Assembly (NCBI GenBank): GCA_963721045.1
Contig: CAVRHQ010000011.1
Location: 464,182 to 496,181, forward strand
Reading direction: 5' to 3'
Origin: an uncultured Flavobacteriaceae bacterium
GTDB lineage: Bacteria; Bacteroidota; Bacteroidia; Flavobacteriales; Flavobacteriaceae
DNA: 32,000 bases
Shown: one piece after another, positions 1 to 9,272 of the stretch
Layout: the number at the start of each line of letters is the position of its first letter
Numbering within the stretch: the stretch's first letter is position 1
Program-made: the position numbers and the translations under genes
Notes under the pieces: model-generated
What the model was told of the DNA's origin: nothing
Database searches by the model: none
The model's input: only the letters and a program-made list of their open reading frames with translations

Positions 1-2196
1 TTATATACCGCAGATATTCCAATTCGTCCTTTTTCTGTGAATACACGATACACAGTTTCCGGTTTGGGTCAGGCGTTCCCTGGTACCTTTGATGAACGAT
101 TTGTCAATGCGTTTTTTAATGACTTCGTATCGCGCATTATAGGTGCCATCCACATCAAACCGTTTTTCATCCATACGAAATCGGATGGAAAGGGATGTAT
201 TGTAAACCAGGATGAGGGAGGCCACATCCAGTTTTACAGGCAATTCGGGTTTCAGGTTATAATAGGCATTCTCCATTTCGCACATGACCTGCAATTGCCA
301 CAGCCTCAAATTGTTCAGGTAGAGGGATTCAAATTGCAATTCTTCTGAGATGGAATCGCCTATATACATATTGTGTTCCACCCCGTCTGTCTTATACCGT
401 TCAAAATAGTGCGGGAACATGCGCTGTGCCTCTACCTGCCTCTTGTCAATAACACTTGCCAGCCGTTTGTTGGTTTTCATCACACTTTCGTCATAGTTCT
501 TCCGGTGATCATAATACGACTCGGTGCCTGTGTCGATCTTGGATTCATAGGCCACAATTTCCCTCCTCAACACTTGGTGCGATTTTTTCAGGTGATTGAG
601 CACCGGATTGATCTCCTCTTTCACAAAATCAAAGATGGCCTGCTCGCTGTTGGTATCCAGCATTTCCTTGATCGACTCCATATGCTTTTCCACCCGGAAC
701 ATCAGTTCCTCATAAATGGGCAATTCATAAATGTCCATCGCGGATTTTAGTACCTGGTTAATTTCGGAAAGCTGGATGAGCAAGGTCTCGTTGAATGGCT
801 GTGTTCCTGGCCCGGGAAGAGTCCCTTATATCAATTTGCCCGTACAGGGGATGCACGTCCCTAAAGACAATTTCCCGGAAACTGGGCTGCCGTCCCTCCA
901 GATCGTCAATAATAAACCGCCTTGCTTCCTCCTCAAATTTCCAGAGAACAGAGGAATGTACAGTGGTGCATTCGTGTTGTATAATCGCATCGATCAGGTT
1001 GGCCTCCTCCATTTTGGACCGGATCACCGCCGAAATGATATAGGGCATCACATCCTGCAATTTGGTGGCATTGACCCCGTTGAGCGCACCGCTCCTGGTA
1101 GAAACTATTTCCAGTATCCCCATTAATTTACCGTCCCTGGCAATGGGGGCAAAAATCGCGCTTTTGATACCCTGCTCGTACAGGGCCCGGTACGGGGGCT
1201 GGGATTCGGATTCCCGGTAATTTTTTTCCACATCGGGAATCACAAATAGTCTTTCTCTAGCAGCAATTTGTCATAACTATCCTTGCATAGCGCTTTCCCG
1301 CAATGTACTTCGTCCTTATCGCGAAGAATAAAGCTTTCTATCCCCTTGCCATAGACCCGTTCAAATTGATCGGCTTTGTAGTTATAGGTCACGAAGCCCA
1401 CCTGGAGATCCCGAATTTTAAAAAAGGAGCGGAAGGTATCCTGCAAGCCGGTCATAAAGGTATCACTGCCGCGCTTGTCACTGGCAATCAGTTCCGATTT
1501 GATCTCGGAAATTGCGAACTCCGAAGTAACATCAAACATATTGGCAATTACAAACCCCCTCATCACGAAACTTTCGGGCGGGATCTTTTCCATCCAAAGT
1601 TCAAGGCTGTCCGGACTTTCCACCAAAGTGGCCACCTCCTCTTCAGATAATTCCTTTGACCGTTCCGTGGGCAGGATTTCCATGAATTCGGCATTGTACA
1701 ATATCCTGTACTGGTGCATGACGCCCTGTGCGTCGGGGATATCGTAGTACATCGGGCGGCTGAAATCGAGGTCCACTTTGTAGTAAAATTTAAGGATGAC
1801 CGCGGCGGCGCCAATGTAGTCTACCCCGTTGTCCTGGTTGCGGACTTCCGGTTTAAAGGAAGGCCCTGCATCCTGCAGGATCTTTTGAAACCGGCCCGAT
1901 TTTTTGAAGATCAGGTCCCCGTACGGGAGGGTTGCCGCCTTGATTTCATTTCGGCTGAGCAAGGGAGAAAAGGCATCCTGCAAAAGAATGTCGATTATAT
2001 CCTTATGCTTGTCCAGCAAGCTGCTATCCGTAAACCCTTCCCTAAGCACCGGGAAAGGAGCCTGGGCCTCCAGGACACTCTTTGCGCGTTCCGCAAGGAG
2101 AGGATCGTCGCTTGCGGCCAACTTCTCATATTGCTCGAGCAGGGAATTGAAGCTTATGAGGTATTGAAACGGCAAATGTTTGCTTGTGCTGTCCAT
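1..2196 (-). pseudogene. Large GAF-domain sensor-like protein (conserved Bacteroidota family, no recognisable output domain). The frame is broken at 3 or more points and the true 3' end probably runs off the window.
   Basis: Three consecutive same-strand ORFs (2196-1240, 1243-758, 783-1) join seamlessly: ...LLLEKDY|VIPDVEKNY... and ...TAIQRDL|LIQLSEINQV.... The GAF-like core is SAIFAPIARDGKLMGILEIVS. The last ~20 codons before the stop at 1-3 look off-frame. The alternate frame reads KLCIVYSQKKDELEYLRYI and stays open to base 1. Confidence 0.7.
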
Positions 2197-2309
2197 CGTG
2201 CCTGTCAGTCTGAATAATAAGGCTAAAATTACAAAAGATTCCCCATATTTATACGTTGAGCCTGTTCCTCTGCATTGTAGTTTTTCAGATATTTAGACAA
2301 ATTTAACCC

Positions 2310-3215
2310 ATGTCCTACTCCACCCGTCTCAGCAGGGCTTACCTGGGGGCGAAGCGAATTCCTTTTGACGACAGCTCCAAAATCATTCTTTTCAGTGATT
2401 GCCACAGGGGGGATAACAGTTTTGCCGATGAATTCGCAAACAACCGGAACATCTACTTCCATGCCCTGCAGCACTACTACCGGAATGGATTCCAGTATTG
2501 CGAATTAGGCGATGGGGACGAACTCTGGGAAAATATCTTCTTCGAACCCATTTTCGAGGCCCATAAAAACATCTACCTCCTCCTGAGGCAATACCACTTA
2601 GAAAACAGGCTTCACATGATATGGGGAAACCACGACATGGTGTACAAGAACCCGGACTACGTGGAAAAAGCGCTCAGTTATTATTTTGATCCGATAGATT
2701 CCTGTAAAAAAGAGTTGTTCAGAGAAATACAATATCACGAGGCGCTGATCCTGCAACACGACGAAACCGGGCAGGAAATTTTTCTTACCCACGGGCATCA
2801 GGCCGATTGGTGGAATTATGTCTTATGGAGGTGGGGCAGGTTTCTCGTGAGGGTGCTGTGGAAACCGCTTCAGGTATGGGGCATAGCCGATCCTACCAGT
2901 CCAGCCCGGAATTATAAAGAGCTAATCAGGATTGAAAGGCGATTAAAACGGTGGCTGCTGCAAAATAACCGGTTGCTTACGATAGTTGGGCACACCCACC
3001 GCCCCCGATTTCCCGAACCCGATGAGATCCCGCTTTTTAATGACGGGAGTTGCGTACATCCCAGGAGCATTACGGGGATTGAGATCGAAAATGGTGGCAT
3101 AGCCCTGGTTAAATGGCAGATCGCCACCAAGGATGACGGAACCTTGCAGGTGGTCCGTATTTTGCTGGAAGGGCCCCAAAGGCTCAAAGCCTACCTTCGG
3201 GAGGAGCGCAGATAA
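2310..3215 (+). CDS. Metallophosphoesterase (calcineurin-like phosphoesterase family)
   Basis: 301 aa ORF with the ordered metallophosphoesterase motifs DCHRGD, GDGDELWE, GNHD, HGH and GHTH. Confidence 0.85.
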   Translation: MSYSTRLSRAYLGAKRIPFDDSSKIILFSDCHRGDNSFADEFANNRNIYFHALQHYYRNGFQYCELGDGDELWENIFFEPIFEAHKNIYLLLRQYHLENRLHMIWGNHDMVYKNPDYVEKALSYYFDPIDSCKKELFREIQYHEALILQHDETGQEIFLTHGHQADWWNYVLWRWGRFLVRVLWKPLQVWGIADPTSPARNYKELIRIERRLKRWLLQNNRLLTIVGHTHRPRFPEPDEIPLFNDGSCVHPRSITGIEIENGGIALVKWQIATKDDGTLQVVRILLEGPQRLKAYLREERR

Positions 3216-3217
3216 AA

Positions 3218-3251
3218 GAAGGGCCGCCATACTGGCCGCCCTTTAAATTTT
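3218..3251. terminator. Putative bidirectional intrinsic terminator between convergent genes
   Basis: Stem gggccgcc (3221-3228), loop atact, stem ggccgccc (3234-3241), giving 7 of 8 pairs. It is flanked by an A-rich run upstream and tttaaatttt downstream. Confidence 0.5.
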
Positions 3252-3269
3252 GCGCATTCGGGAAATGGA

Positions 3270-3473
3270 CTAATTGTCGTCTGTGTGATCATCAATTTCA
3301 TCCTTCACTTCTTCAGCGCCTTCCTTAACGTCATCGCCTACGTCTTCGGCACCCTCTTTTACTTCTTCTATCCCGTCCTCCATTTTTTCTTTGGCCGATT
3401 TATCGTCACGGCATCCCGTAAAGGTGTTCGAGAGGGCAAAAAACAAGAGGACTATATAGGTGTATTTTATCAT
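3270..3473 (-). CDS. Small acidic lipoprotein
   Basis: 67 aa. It has a signal peptide ending in the lipobox-like FTGC, then a very acidic tail with the repeated VKEGAE(E/D)V motif. Confidence 0.6.
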   Translation of the reverse strand: MIKYTYIVLLFFALSNTFTGCRDDKSAKEKMEDGIEEVKEGAEDVGDDVKEGAEEVKDEIDDHTDDN

Positions 3474-3515
3474 AATTCTTTGTGTTTAGATGTATTTACT
3501 TGAGTTTGTATTAGT

Positions 3516-3680
3516 TTATAGTGATTTTCTTCTTCCGAAGATCAGGGAGAGTACAAACAATACCAAAAAGATAAAAAATAGGATTTTGGCAATACTTGCC
3601 GCTCCGGCTGCGATCCCGCCAAAGCCAAAAATAGCTGCGACAATGGCAAGAACTACAAAAATTAGTGTCCAACGTAACAT
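3516..3680 (-). CDS. DUF1328/YtjA-like small membrane protein (54 aa, below the ORF-track cutoff)
   Basis: My own translation is [54 protein letters not shown]. This has two TM segments and the [11 protein letters not shown] motif typical of UPF0391/DUF1328. The + strand ORF at 3490-3705 is its antisense shadow. Confidence 0.7.
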   Translation of the reverse strand: MLRWTLIFVVLAIVAAIFGFGGIAAGAASIAKILFFIFLVLFVLSLIFGRRKSL

Positions 3681-3869
3681 GGTTATTCGAATTAAAGGTT
3701 ATTAATTATTTTCCCGGGGGAATTATACCGCAATATACCACTCCTGATGGTCGTCCCTTGTTCCTAAAAAGCTGATTATTAACGCATATACCGGTATCTT
3801 GGGGCGATCCTTTCAGGCAGAAGTCAGCGTTGGAGAGAATAGGAGATGCGGGCCGTGAGGGTAGTGTGT

Positions 3870-4574
3870 TCAGCTAATCGGGAGATCCCCGTAATCTACC
3901 CGTTGAAGGATTTTGGCTCGGCCCCTGGGATTTTTATAAAATTCCTTGGTTATCGGGTAGGCCGAAAGGGCGTGTTCTTTTGAATGGCTGACATACCGGA
4001 TGACCTCTTCCCGGTCGCTTTCGGGATCGAGCCACTTTTGCCGGAACGCCGGGTCTACCAGTAGCGGCATCCCACGATCTATATTCTGTATCCTGCTTAT
4101 AAAGGAATTGGCGTCCACAATGATCAGGGCACAGGTGATAAACCCGTCTTCGAGTTGGTTGTATACCCCTCCCAGACAAATTGGCGCCCCGGTGGCAGCG
4201 TGAACGTAAAACGGAAAAATATCCCCTTTGTGAAGGTAGAAGGTAAAAAAGCCGGAGGCGATGATCAGGCAACGCCTTTTCTGAAACCCCCTGGAATACC
4301 ATAAATCCCTGCGCAGGCGTTCCCTGCTTAAATTGAGAGTATTCAAGGCGTTTTGGAACAAATCCCAATCTTCCTGATAGTTCTCAGGCAGCAGGCCCCA
4401 TATGGCAAAATTAACAACCCGCCTATCTGCTCCCGTAACCACAGGAACTATAGATTCCTTGAGCCCGTTGATAATAGGCCGGGGTTGGTATAAGGTCGGG
4501 TATTTAAAGGGAACGCCCAACTCCTTTTCAATGGCTTCCCTCTCAGCCGTATTTGAAAGCCGATAGTACATCAC
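3870..4574 (-). CDS. SRAP (SOS-response-associated peptidase, YedK/HMCES, DUF159)-like protein lacking the catalytic residues
   Basis: 234 aa with SRAP-like landmarks in order: IWGLLP (compare WGxxPxW), NLSRE (compare NARxE), RRCLIIASGFF (compare RCxxPAxGFYEW), RGMPLLV (compare RMPVIL) and WL. The N-terminus is MMYYRLS rather than MCGR. Confidence 0.6.
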   Translation of the reverse strand: MMYYRLSNTAEREAIEKELGVPFKYPTLYQPRPIINGLKESIVPVVTGADRRVVNFAIWGLLPENYQEDWDLFQNALNTLNLSRERLRRDLWYSRGFQKRRCLIIASGFFTFYLHKGDIFPFYVHAATGAPICLGGVYNQLEDGFITCALIIVDANSFISRIQNIDRGMPLLVDPAFRQKWLDPESDREEVIRYVSHSKEHALSAYPITKEFYKNPRGRAKILQRVDYGDLPIS

Positions 4575-4729
4575 CCTTCAAGTAAGTATATGACACCCAC
4601 GTTTTGTACTGTTATAAAAAGAATTTATGACGCTATTGACACGCATTCCGGCCTAAAAAGATTATTTTGTCCTCATTGTCAGTTTATGGATTACAAGGAA
4701 GCCAGGGGAAGGAGAATGACATCAGCCAT

Positions 4730-5746
4730 ATGAAACGAGCAAAGAAACAACTCACCCGCATACGAAAGGCACTGGATGGCGAAATCCGAAGGAAACAGGG
4801 GGTCTATACCCTTGAAGTCGCCGGGGAATATGGAGATGGCTTTGTAAAATGCATCAGCTTCAATACCTGCATGAGTGCCGTGGTTTTTGATGTGACCCTC
4901 GAAGCGGATACCGTAGTGCCTTTGATGCATCCCAGGGCGGATATGGTGTATTTCCTGTATTGCCTCCACGGGAACTGTTCCATACATCTAGACGGGCTAC
5001 CCGACCTTTTGGCTGTGGATGAATTACAATCCGCTATCCTCTACAGTGCGGAAGGGAGCAAGAACAGCCTGCGAATTGGTCGGGATAGCCGCTTTGTCTG
5101 TATTTTCACAGGGATCAACAGGAAGCGGTACCAAACGATTTTTAAGGGAGATTTCCAGGGGCTGGACGGACGCCTGAACCAACTCCTCGATACGGTTTAT
5201 CAGCGGCACAACCACCACTACCTCGGCAGTTATAACCTAAAAATAGGGGAATATGTGAAGGCCCTGGACAATTTTAACTTTGATCATGAGGTTTCTTCTT
5301 ATCTGTATTTTGAAGGACATTGCAATCTGATCCTCGCCAATCAGATCGAACAGTTTTATCGCAGTCTGCATACCAACAACAATACCACCAGCCTTACCCA
5401 GGACGAATTGCAGCGCATTCAGGAAGTCAGCGATTTTATCAGGAACTATCCGGAAATCCAGCATTCGATCAAATCCATTTGTTCCAAATCGGGCATTTCC
5501 CCCAACAAACTGCAGGAAGGATTTAAATTCATGCATGGGAGGACCGTTTCGGATTATGTGCGAAATATCCGGCTCGAAAAGGCGGAACACCTCATCAAGC
5601 ATACGGATATGAATATTTCTGAGGTCGTCTACTCCATTGGGCTAACCAGTCGGTCCTATTTCTGCAAGATCTTCAAAAACAAGTATTCCTGCAGCCCCAA
5701 GGAATACAAAAGCCGGGCAGGCAACAAGGTATTCGTCCCTAAATGA
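4730..5746 (+). CDS. AraC-family transcriptional regulator
   Basis: The C-terminal 100 aa form a typical AraC double HTH (...ISPNKLQEGFKFMHGRTVSDYVRNIRLEKAEHLI...ISEVVYSIGLTSRSYFCKIFKNKYSCSPKEY). The track ORF opens at a TTG at 4667. The first ATG is at 4730. Confidence 0.85.
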   Translation: MKRAKKQLTRIRKALDGEIRRKQGVYTLEVAGEYGDGFVKCISFNTCMSAVVFDVTLEADTVVPLMHPRADMVYFLYCLHGNCSIHLDGLPDLLAVDELQSAILYSAEGSKNSLRIGRDSRFVCIFTGINRKRYQTIFKGDFQGLDGRLNQLLDTVYQRHNHHYLGSYNLKIGEYVKALDNFNFDHEVSSYLYFEGHCNLILANQIEQFYRSLHTNNNTTSLTQDELQRIQEVSDFIRNYPEIQHSIKSICSKSGISPNKLQEGFKFMHGRTVSDYVRNIRLEKAEHLIKHTDMNISEVVYSIGLTSRSYFCKIFKNKYSCSPKEYKSRAGNKVFVPK

Positions 5747-5774
5747 TCGGAATACGTTATCAAACCGCAATTAC

Positions 5775-6650
5775 CTACTCACCGTTGGAAATGGTGAGGG
5801 GCTTTGGAAAATCGAGGGTACGTATGGGGAATGGAATGTTGATGCCATTGGCGTCAAAGGCTTCCTTCAGTACCAGCATAGCCTGGCTTTTGGCCCGGGC
5901 CACTTCGAGTGCGGAGGTCGAATCAATCCAGAACCGCGTTTCAAAATTGATGGAACTGTCAGCAAATTCCGTATAGAGGAAAATAATATCATCCTTCTCA
6001 ACTTCCTTAAAGTTGTTGGCTATAACTTCTTTCACGACCTTTATCACCAGGCGAAGATCACTTCCGTAAGCAACCCCGCACTGCAATATTACTCTTGACT
6101 GGGCCGTGGAAGAAAAATTCTTGATGGGGTTCTCCACCACCAGCTTGTTGGGAATATACACCATATTGTTGTCCGCTTGTTTCAGGCATACCGATCGCAG
6201 GTCTATATCCACCACCTCCCCTGCAAAGCCATTGCTCTCGATCCAGTCACCAAATTTTACGAATTTGACATACGACAAAACGATCCCCGAATAGGTGTTG
6301 GCCAGGGCGCCCTGCAACGCCAGGCCCACAGCCAATCCCACCACGCCGGCCCCGGCTAAAATTGTATTCAGCGCCTTACTGAGGTTTAGAATGCCAAGCA
6401 CCAGGAAGATTCCAAAAAGGATGACTACAGCCGAAACCATTTTCGCAATCAGGTTTTTCATGGAGTGCTGTAGCCTGCTTTTTTGCAGCAACCGAAGACT
6501 GAACTGGCTGATATATTTGGAAAGGAAGACCGCGATTGAGAATACAAACAAAGCGATCAGGAAGTTTGGCAGGCTTACCACCAGGACATCCAGCCAGGAT
6601 TGCAACTTGGTGATCATCTTGGCCCAGGCGTTCGAGAATTGATTGTCCAT
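5775..6650 (-). CDS. Mechanosensitive ion channel, MscS family
   Basis: 291 aa with N-terminal TM helices followed by the MscS beta-domain signature (KFGDWIESNGFAGEVVDIDLRSVCLKQADNNMVYIPNKLVVENPIKNFS). Confidence 0.85.
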   Translation of the reverse strand: MDNQFSNAWAKMITKLQSWLDVLVVSLPNFLIALFVFSIAVFLSKYISQFSLRLLQKSRLQHSMKNLIAKMVSAVVILFGIFLVLGILNLSKALNTILAGAGVVGLAVGLALQGALANTYSGIVLSYVKFVKFGDWIESNGFAGEVVDIDLRSVCLKQADNNMVYIPNKLVVENPIKNFSSTAQSRVILQCGVAYGSDLRLVIKVVKEVIANNFKEVEKDDIIFLYTEFADSSINFETRFWIDSTSALEVARAKSQAMLVLKEAFDANGINIPFPIRTLDFPKPLTISNGE

Positions 6651-6771
6651 CGGATAGAGATTTATCCCTAAATATAAGGGATTTAGCCCAGGAACGAATC
6701 CCGGAATATATTAAACAGGGGAAACAGCCGCCCTGTCACAGACATAAATTTTCGCTATATATAGTAATGGA

Positions 6772-6808
6772 AAATGGTTCTGGTCAAAAGAATATGCCAG
6801 AACCATTT
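6772..6808 (-). terminator. Long hairpin (12-bp stem, 13-nt loop) downstream of the candidate minus-strand ORF and upstream of the mscS promoter region
   Basis: aaatggttctgg (6772-6783) pairs with ccagaaccattt (6797-6808). Confidence 0.35.
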
Positions 6809-6828
6809 GCAAACAACCAACCAAACGA

Positions 6829-6847
6829 GTTACCCAGGACGGGTAAC
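6829..6847 (-). terminator. Hairpin 15 nt downstream of the candidate minus-strand ORF stop
   Basis: gttaccc, loop aggac, gggtaac (7-bp stem, 5-nt loop). On the minus strand it is followed by tcgtttggttggttgtttg, which is T-rich. Confidence 0.35.
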
Positions 6848-6862
6848 TTATCTTAAATATTG

Positions 6863-7036
6863 TTATATCATCAAGCCCGCAATGGAAATTTGCCCGTCCA
6901 CCAGCCAGACATTCTCCATGCAACGGTTACAAGTACGGGGTATTCCTCCACAGTTCTTTGCTGTAAAAAGAAATTCATTGACGCTTTTGAAGGGGGTGCC
7001 GGTGGCTGGTTGGGCTTTGGTCCCGGAAATGATCAT
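6863..7036 (-). CDS. Candidate unannotated small ORF or gene remnant (57 aa from the first ATG; the frame is open back to ~7117)
   Basis: My own translation is (ILSYGFRSGWLGSNKPIVALFRIGIRDARGEQ)MIISGTKAQPATGTPFKSVNEFLFTAKNCGGIPRTCNRCMENVWLVDGQISIAGLMI*. It has a protein-like composition and a C-x6-C-x2-C motif. I could not assign a family. Confidence 0.25.
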   Translation of the reverse strand: MIISGTKAQPATGTPFKSVNEFLFTAKNCGGIPRTCNRCMENVWLVDGQISIAGLMI

Positions 7037-7154
7037 CTGTTCGCCCCTCGCATCCCGGATACCAATCCGAAAGAGGGCAACAATCGGTTTATTTGAACCA
7101 AGCCATCCACTGCGAAATCCGTAACTTAAGATTTACTATTTCAAATCCATTGCC

Positions 7155-7331
7155 ATGTCTGAAAAGAAAGGAAAAAGCAAGTTCAGCTTGTTCCGGAACA
7201 GGAAGAAAAAAGGCGATCGCAACTATTTCCTGAAAAAGAACAAGTTTACCATCATCGGAGTGGGGGTCGTGGTTTTGATGCTGCTTCTCACCCTGATCGC
7301 GGTGATCCTCTCCGGGACCAGGCTGCTGTAA
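7155..7331 (+). CDS. Small basic protein with a single C-terminal TM helix (58 aa)
   Basis: My own translation is MSEKKGKSKFSLFRNRKKKGDRNYFLKKNKFTIIGVGVVVLMLLLTLIAVILSGTRLL*. It has a Lys/Arg-rich N-terminus plus one hydrophobic helix. It falls below the ORF-track cutoff. Confidence 0.4.
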   Translation: MSEKKGKSKFSLFRNRKKKGDRNYFLKKNKFTIIGVGVVVLMLLLTLIAVILSGTRLL

Positions 7332-7410
7332 TTATGGGCGGCGGGCCAGGCAAACCATCCATCCGGATTTTACCATTGGCCCGGCTGCAAGGGGCCAACA
7401 TACAACCGTT

Positions 7411-8145
7411 CTAAAGGATTTTGAAGACAATCGGAATGCTATAAGGGACCTTCACGGCTTTCCCACGCTGGTTTCCAGGGGTCATGTGAGGGAGGGAGGC
7501 AATGATGCGTTCGGCTTCCTTTTCCAGCAGGCGGTCTGGTCCCCTGGTCTCGATGCCCCCAACATTTCCTTTGGCATCTATATAGAACAGGACGAAGACC
7601 TTGCCCTGAATCCCCATTTCCCTGGCTATTTCAGGAAAGTTGAAATTCTTCCTGATATGCTCCTGAAGTTTTTCCTCAAAACAGGCTTTCCTCTCGGCCT
7701 TGGTTCCGCCTTCACAGCCAGGAAAAACCGGGACGTTCTCAATTACGGCGAAAGGCACTATGACCTCCTCTTCTTCCTCATCAACAGCCACGTCATCCAC
7801 GGAAATGATGGCATCCTCTATCACGGCCTCCTGACTGGTTTCGGTGCTTTCGATCAGGGTTTCCTTAATTTCATCTTCATCCTCCACGATCTCGATCACA
7901 TCAGGGGCGGCCGGAGGAGGGGGAGGGGGCGCCACGAAGGGTTCGCGTGTAACCGGGACATCTTCCTGAACATCCTCTGTAAGCTGGATCCTTTCAATGA
8001 ATTTGGCGACGGTGGGGTAGGATTTATGTTCGAGGGCCCGCCAGGTAAAGAATAATACAACGGCCAAACCCGCTACAAAAAACAAGCCCCTGTAACGATC
8101 CAAATCTACTTTCGGGTACTTTTTGACTTGCATGACACTTCGCAT
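7411..8145 (-). CDS. tonB: Energy transducer TonB family protein
   Basis: It has an N-terminal TM anchor, an acidic and proline-rich spacer (PPPPPPAAP), and a C-terminal TonB domain (NVPVFPGC...GIQGKVFVLFYIDAKGNV...PGNQRGKAVKVPYSIPIVF). The start may be the Met at 8133. Confidence 0.85.
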   Translation of the reverse strand: MRSVMQVKKYPKVDLDRYRGLFFVAGLAVVLFFTWRALEHKSYPTVAKFIERIQLTEDVQEDVPVTREPFVAPPPPPPAAPDVIEIVEDEDEIKETLIESTETSQEAVIEDAIISVDDVAVDEEEEEVIVPFAVIENVPVFPGCEGGTKAERKACFEEKLQEHIRKNFNFPEIAREMGIQGKVFVLFYIDAKGNVGGIETRGPDRLLEKEAERIIASLPHMTPGNQRGKAVKVPYSIPIVFKIL

Positions 8146-8283
8146 TTAACACTTTGAAAGTAAGCGTCATGCAGCAATAATACTATGACCGTGATCAGTC
8201 TTTGATCCAGTTGAGCCGCAATGGAATGCAAGCAATACAATTGGAAATACCCCGTAAAGTTCGATCAGTATTTAATTATTAGC

Positions 8284-9024
8284 CTACTCCTTTCCGGGTT
8301 TTTTGGGAAGTGCTTCTTCAGGGAATGGAAATAAAATGGTGGAATTCTTTTCCGCAGCGATATTCGATAAGGTCTGGTACAGCCGGAGCTTGATAGCCGA
8401 AGGCGACTTGTCCATAAGTTTGCCGGCCTCCAGCAATTTCCCTGCGGCCTGTTCTTCGGCAAGGGCCAGGATAATGCGCGCCCTTCGGGAGCGCTCAGCC
8501 TCTGCCTGGTTGGCCATCATCCGTTTCATGTTTTCGGGCAGCTGGATGTCTTTGATTTTTACGTCGATAATATCAATGCCCCAGCCACTGGTTTCCACCT
8601 CCACAATCTGCTTGATATTATTGCCCATTTCCTCCCGCTTGGACAGGATGGTATCCAACTCCACCTTCCCGCATACGTCCCTGAGGGCGGCCTGGGACAG
8701 CTGGGAGATGGCAAATCTGTACTCCTCCACTTCCAGGACTGCTTTTTCGGGGTCGCTGATCTTAAAAAATACCACACCATCTATGCTGCAGGGGACGTTG
8801 TCCTCGGTCATCACTTCCTGTGATACGATATTGATGGTGATCACCCGGATATCGACTATCTGGATTGTCTCCACAAAGGGAACGATCCAGCGGAGCCCGG
8901 GGTTCAGTAACCCGACATACTTGCCAAAGCGGAATTTAAGTGCCCTTTTGTATTCAAAAATGACCCGGATACCGGCCAATAAAAACAGTCCGATCAGGAG
9001 TCCGATAAGCATAGGAGGATTCAT
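8284..9024 (-). CDS. SPFH/Band 7 (stomatin/slipin-like) membrane protein
   Basis: 246 aa with an N-terminal TM helix and a typical SPFH core (RFGKY...PGLRWIVPFVETI...VDIRV...AALRDVCGK...WGIDIIDVKIKDIQLP...AEAERSRRA). Confidence 0.9.
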   Translation of the reverse strand: MNPPMLIGLLIGLFLLAGIRVIFEYKRALKFRFGKYVGLLNPGLRWIVPFVETIQIVDIRVITINIVSQEVMTEDNVPCSIDGVVFFKISDPEKAVLEVEEYRFAISQLSQAALRDVCGKVELDTILSKREEMGNNIKQIVEVETSGWGIDIIDVKIKDIQLPENMKRMMANQAEAERSRRARIILALAEEQAAGKLLEAGKLMDKSPSAIKLRLYQTLSNIAAEKNSTILFPFPEEALPKKPGKE

Positions 9025-9272
9025 ATCAAGAGGAAATTATGGTTTACAGTATTACAAGCCGGGATACGGTTTCCCGGAATTAGGCCATTCCTTTTAAATG
9101 TACGAATTTTATCCATGAAAGACCGGGGAATCCGTCCAAGATCCGGCCATTTTGATCCCAGCTTCGCAATAAAAGCCACCCGATTGTAACTGATTTCTTT
9201 GTTATCCTGGAATCCGGATCAATTCCTTATCTTGATCGCTCAAATGTCGCCATCTGTAAATCAACCTGCGGT

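Noticed and set aside
3270-3473. Internal repeats in the acidic lipoprotein, considered as a tandem DNA repeat
   Set aside because: There are only two imperfect copies of a ~7-residue motif. This is compositional bias in a short acidic tail, not a repeat array.
3490-3705. 71-aa + strand ORF from the track
   Set aside because: The minus strand encodes a textbook DUF1328 small membrane protein (3516-3680). The + ORF is its antisense shadow.
3788-3797. 10-bp palindrome ataccggtat upstream of the DUF1328 gene
   Set aside because: It is too short to distinguish from chance and has no second copy or associated motif.
6774-7124. 116-aa + strand ORF and the 6711-6923 (-) and 6860-7096 (+) ORFs in the mscS-proximal gap
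   Set aside because: Their translations are not protein-like. A different minus-strand frame looks more plausible and is reported as a low-confidence candidate.
7905-7935. G/C-rich run encoding PPPPPPAAP, considered as a DNA repeat or slippage tract
   Set aside because: It is the normal proline-rich spacer of TonB proteins.
8303-9097. 264-aa + strand ORF. Similar long ORFs lie antisense to strongly supported genes: 15340-16155 (-), 17658-18488 (+), 21972-22901 (+), 29788-30666 (+), 12543-13319 (-), 7486-8055 (+) and 19067-19717 (+).
   Set aside because: Each lies entirely opposite a gene with unmistakable family motifs (SPFH, ABC, FNR, histidine kinase, dihydroorotase, acylase, TonB, Mrp). 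Their translations are low-complexity and rich in R/G/P/S, with no motifs. They are typical shadow ORFs.
8284-9272. SPFH gene lacking an adjacent NfeD partner, considered as an unusual arrangement
   Set aside because: Absence of a neighbour is weak evidence, and an NfeD-like gene could be encoded elsewhere. The 248-bp upstream region contains only a 19-codon ORF and a weak hairpin (ccggga...tcccgg).
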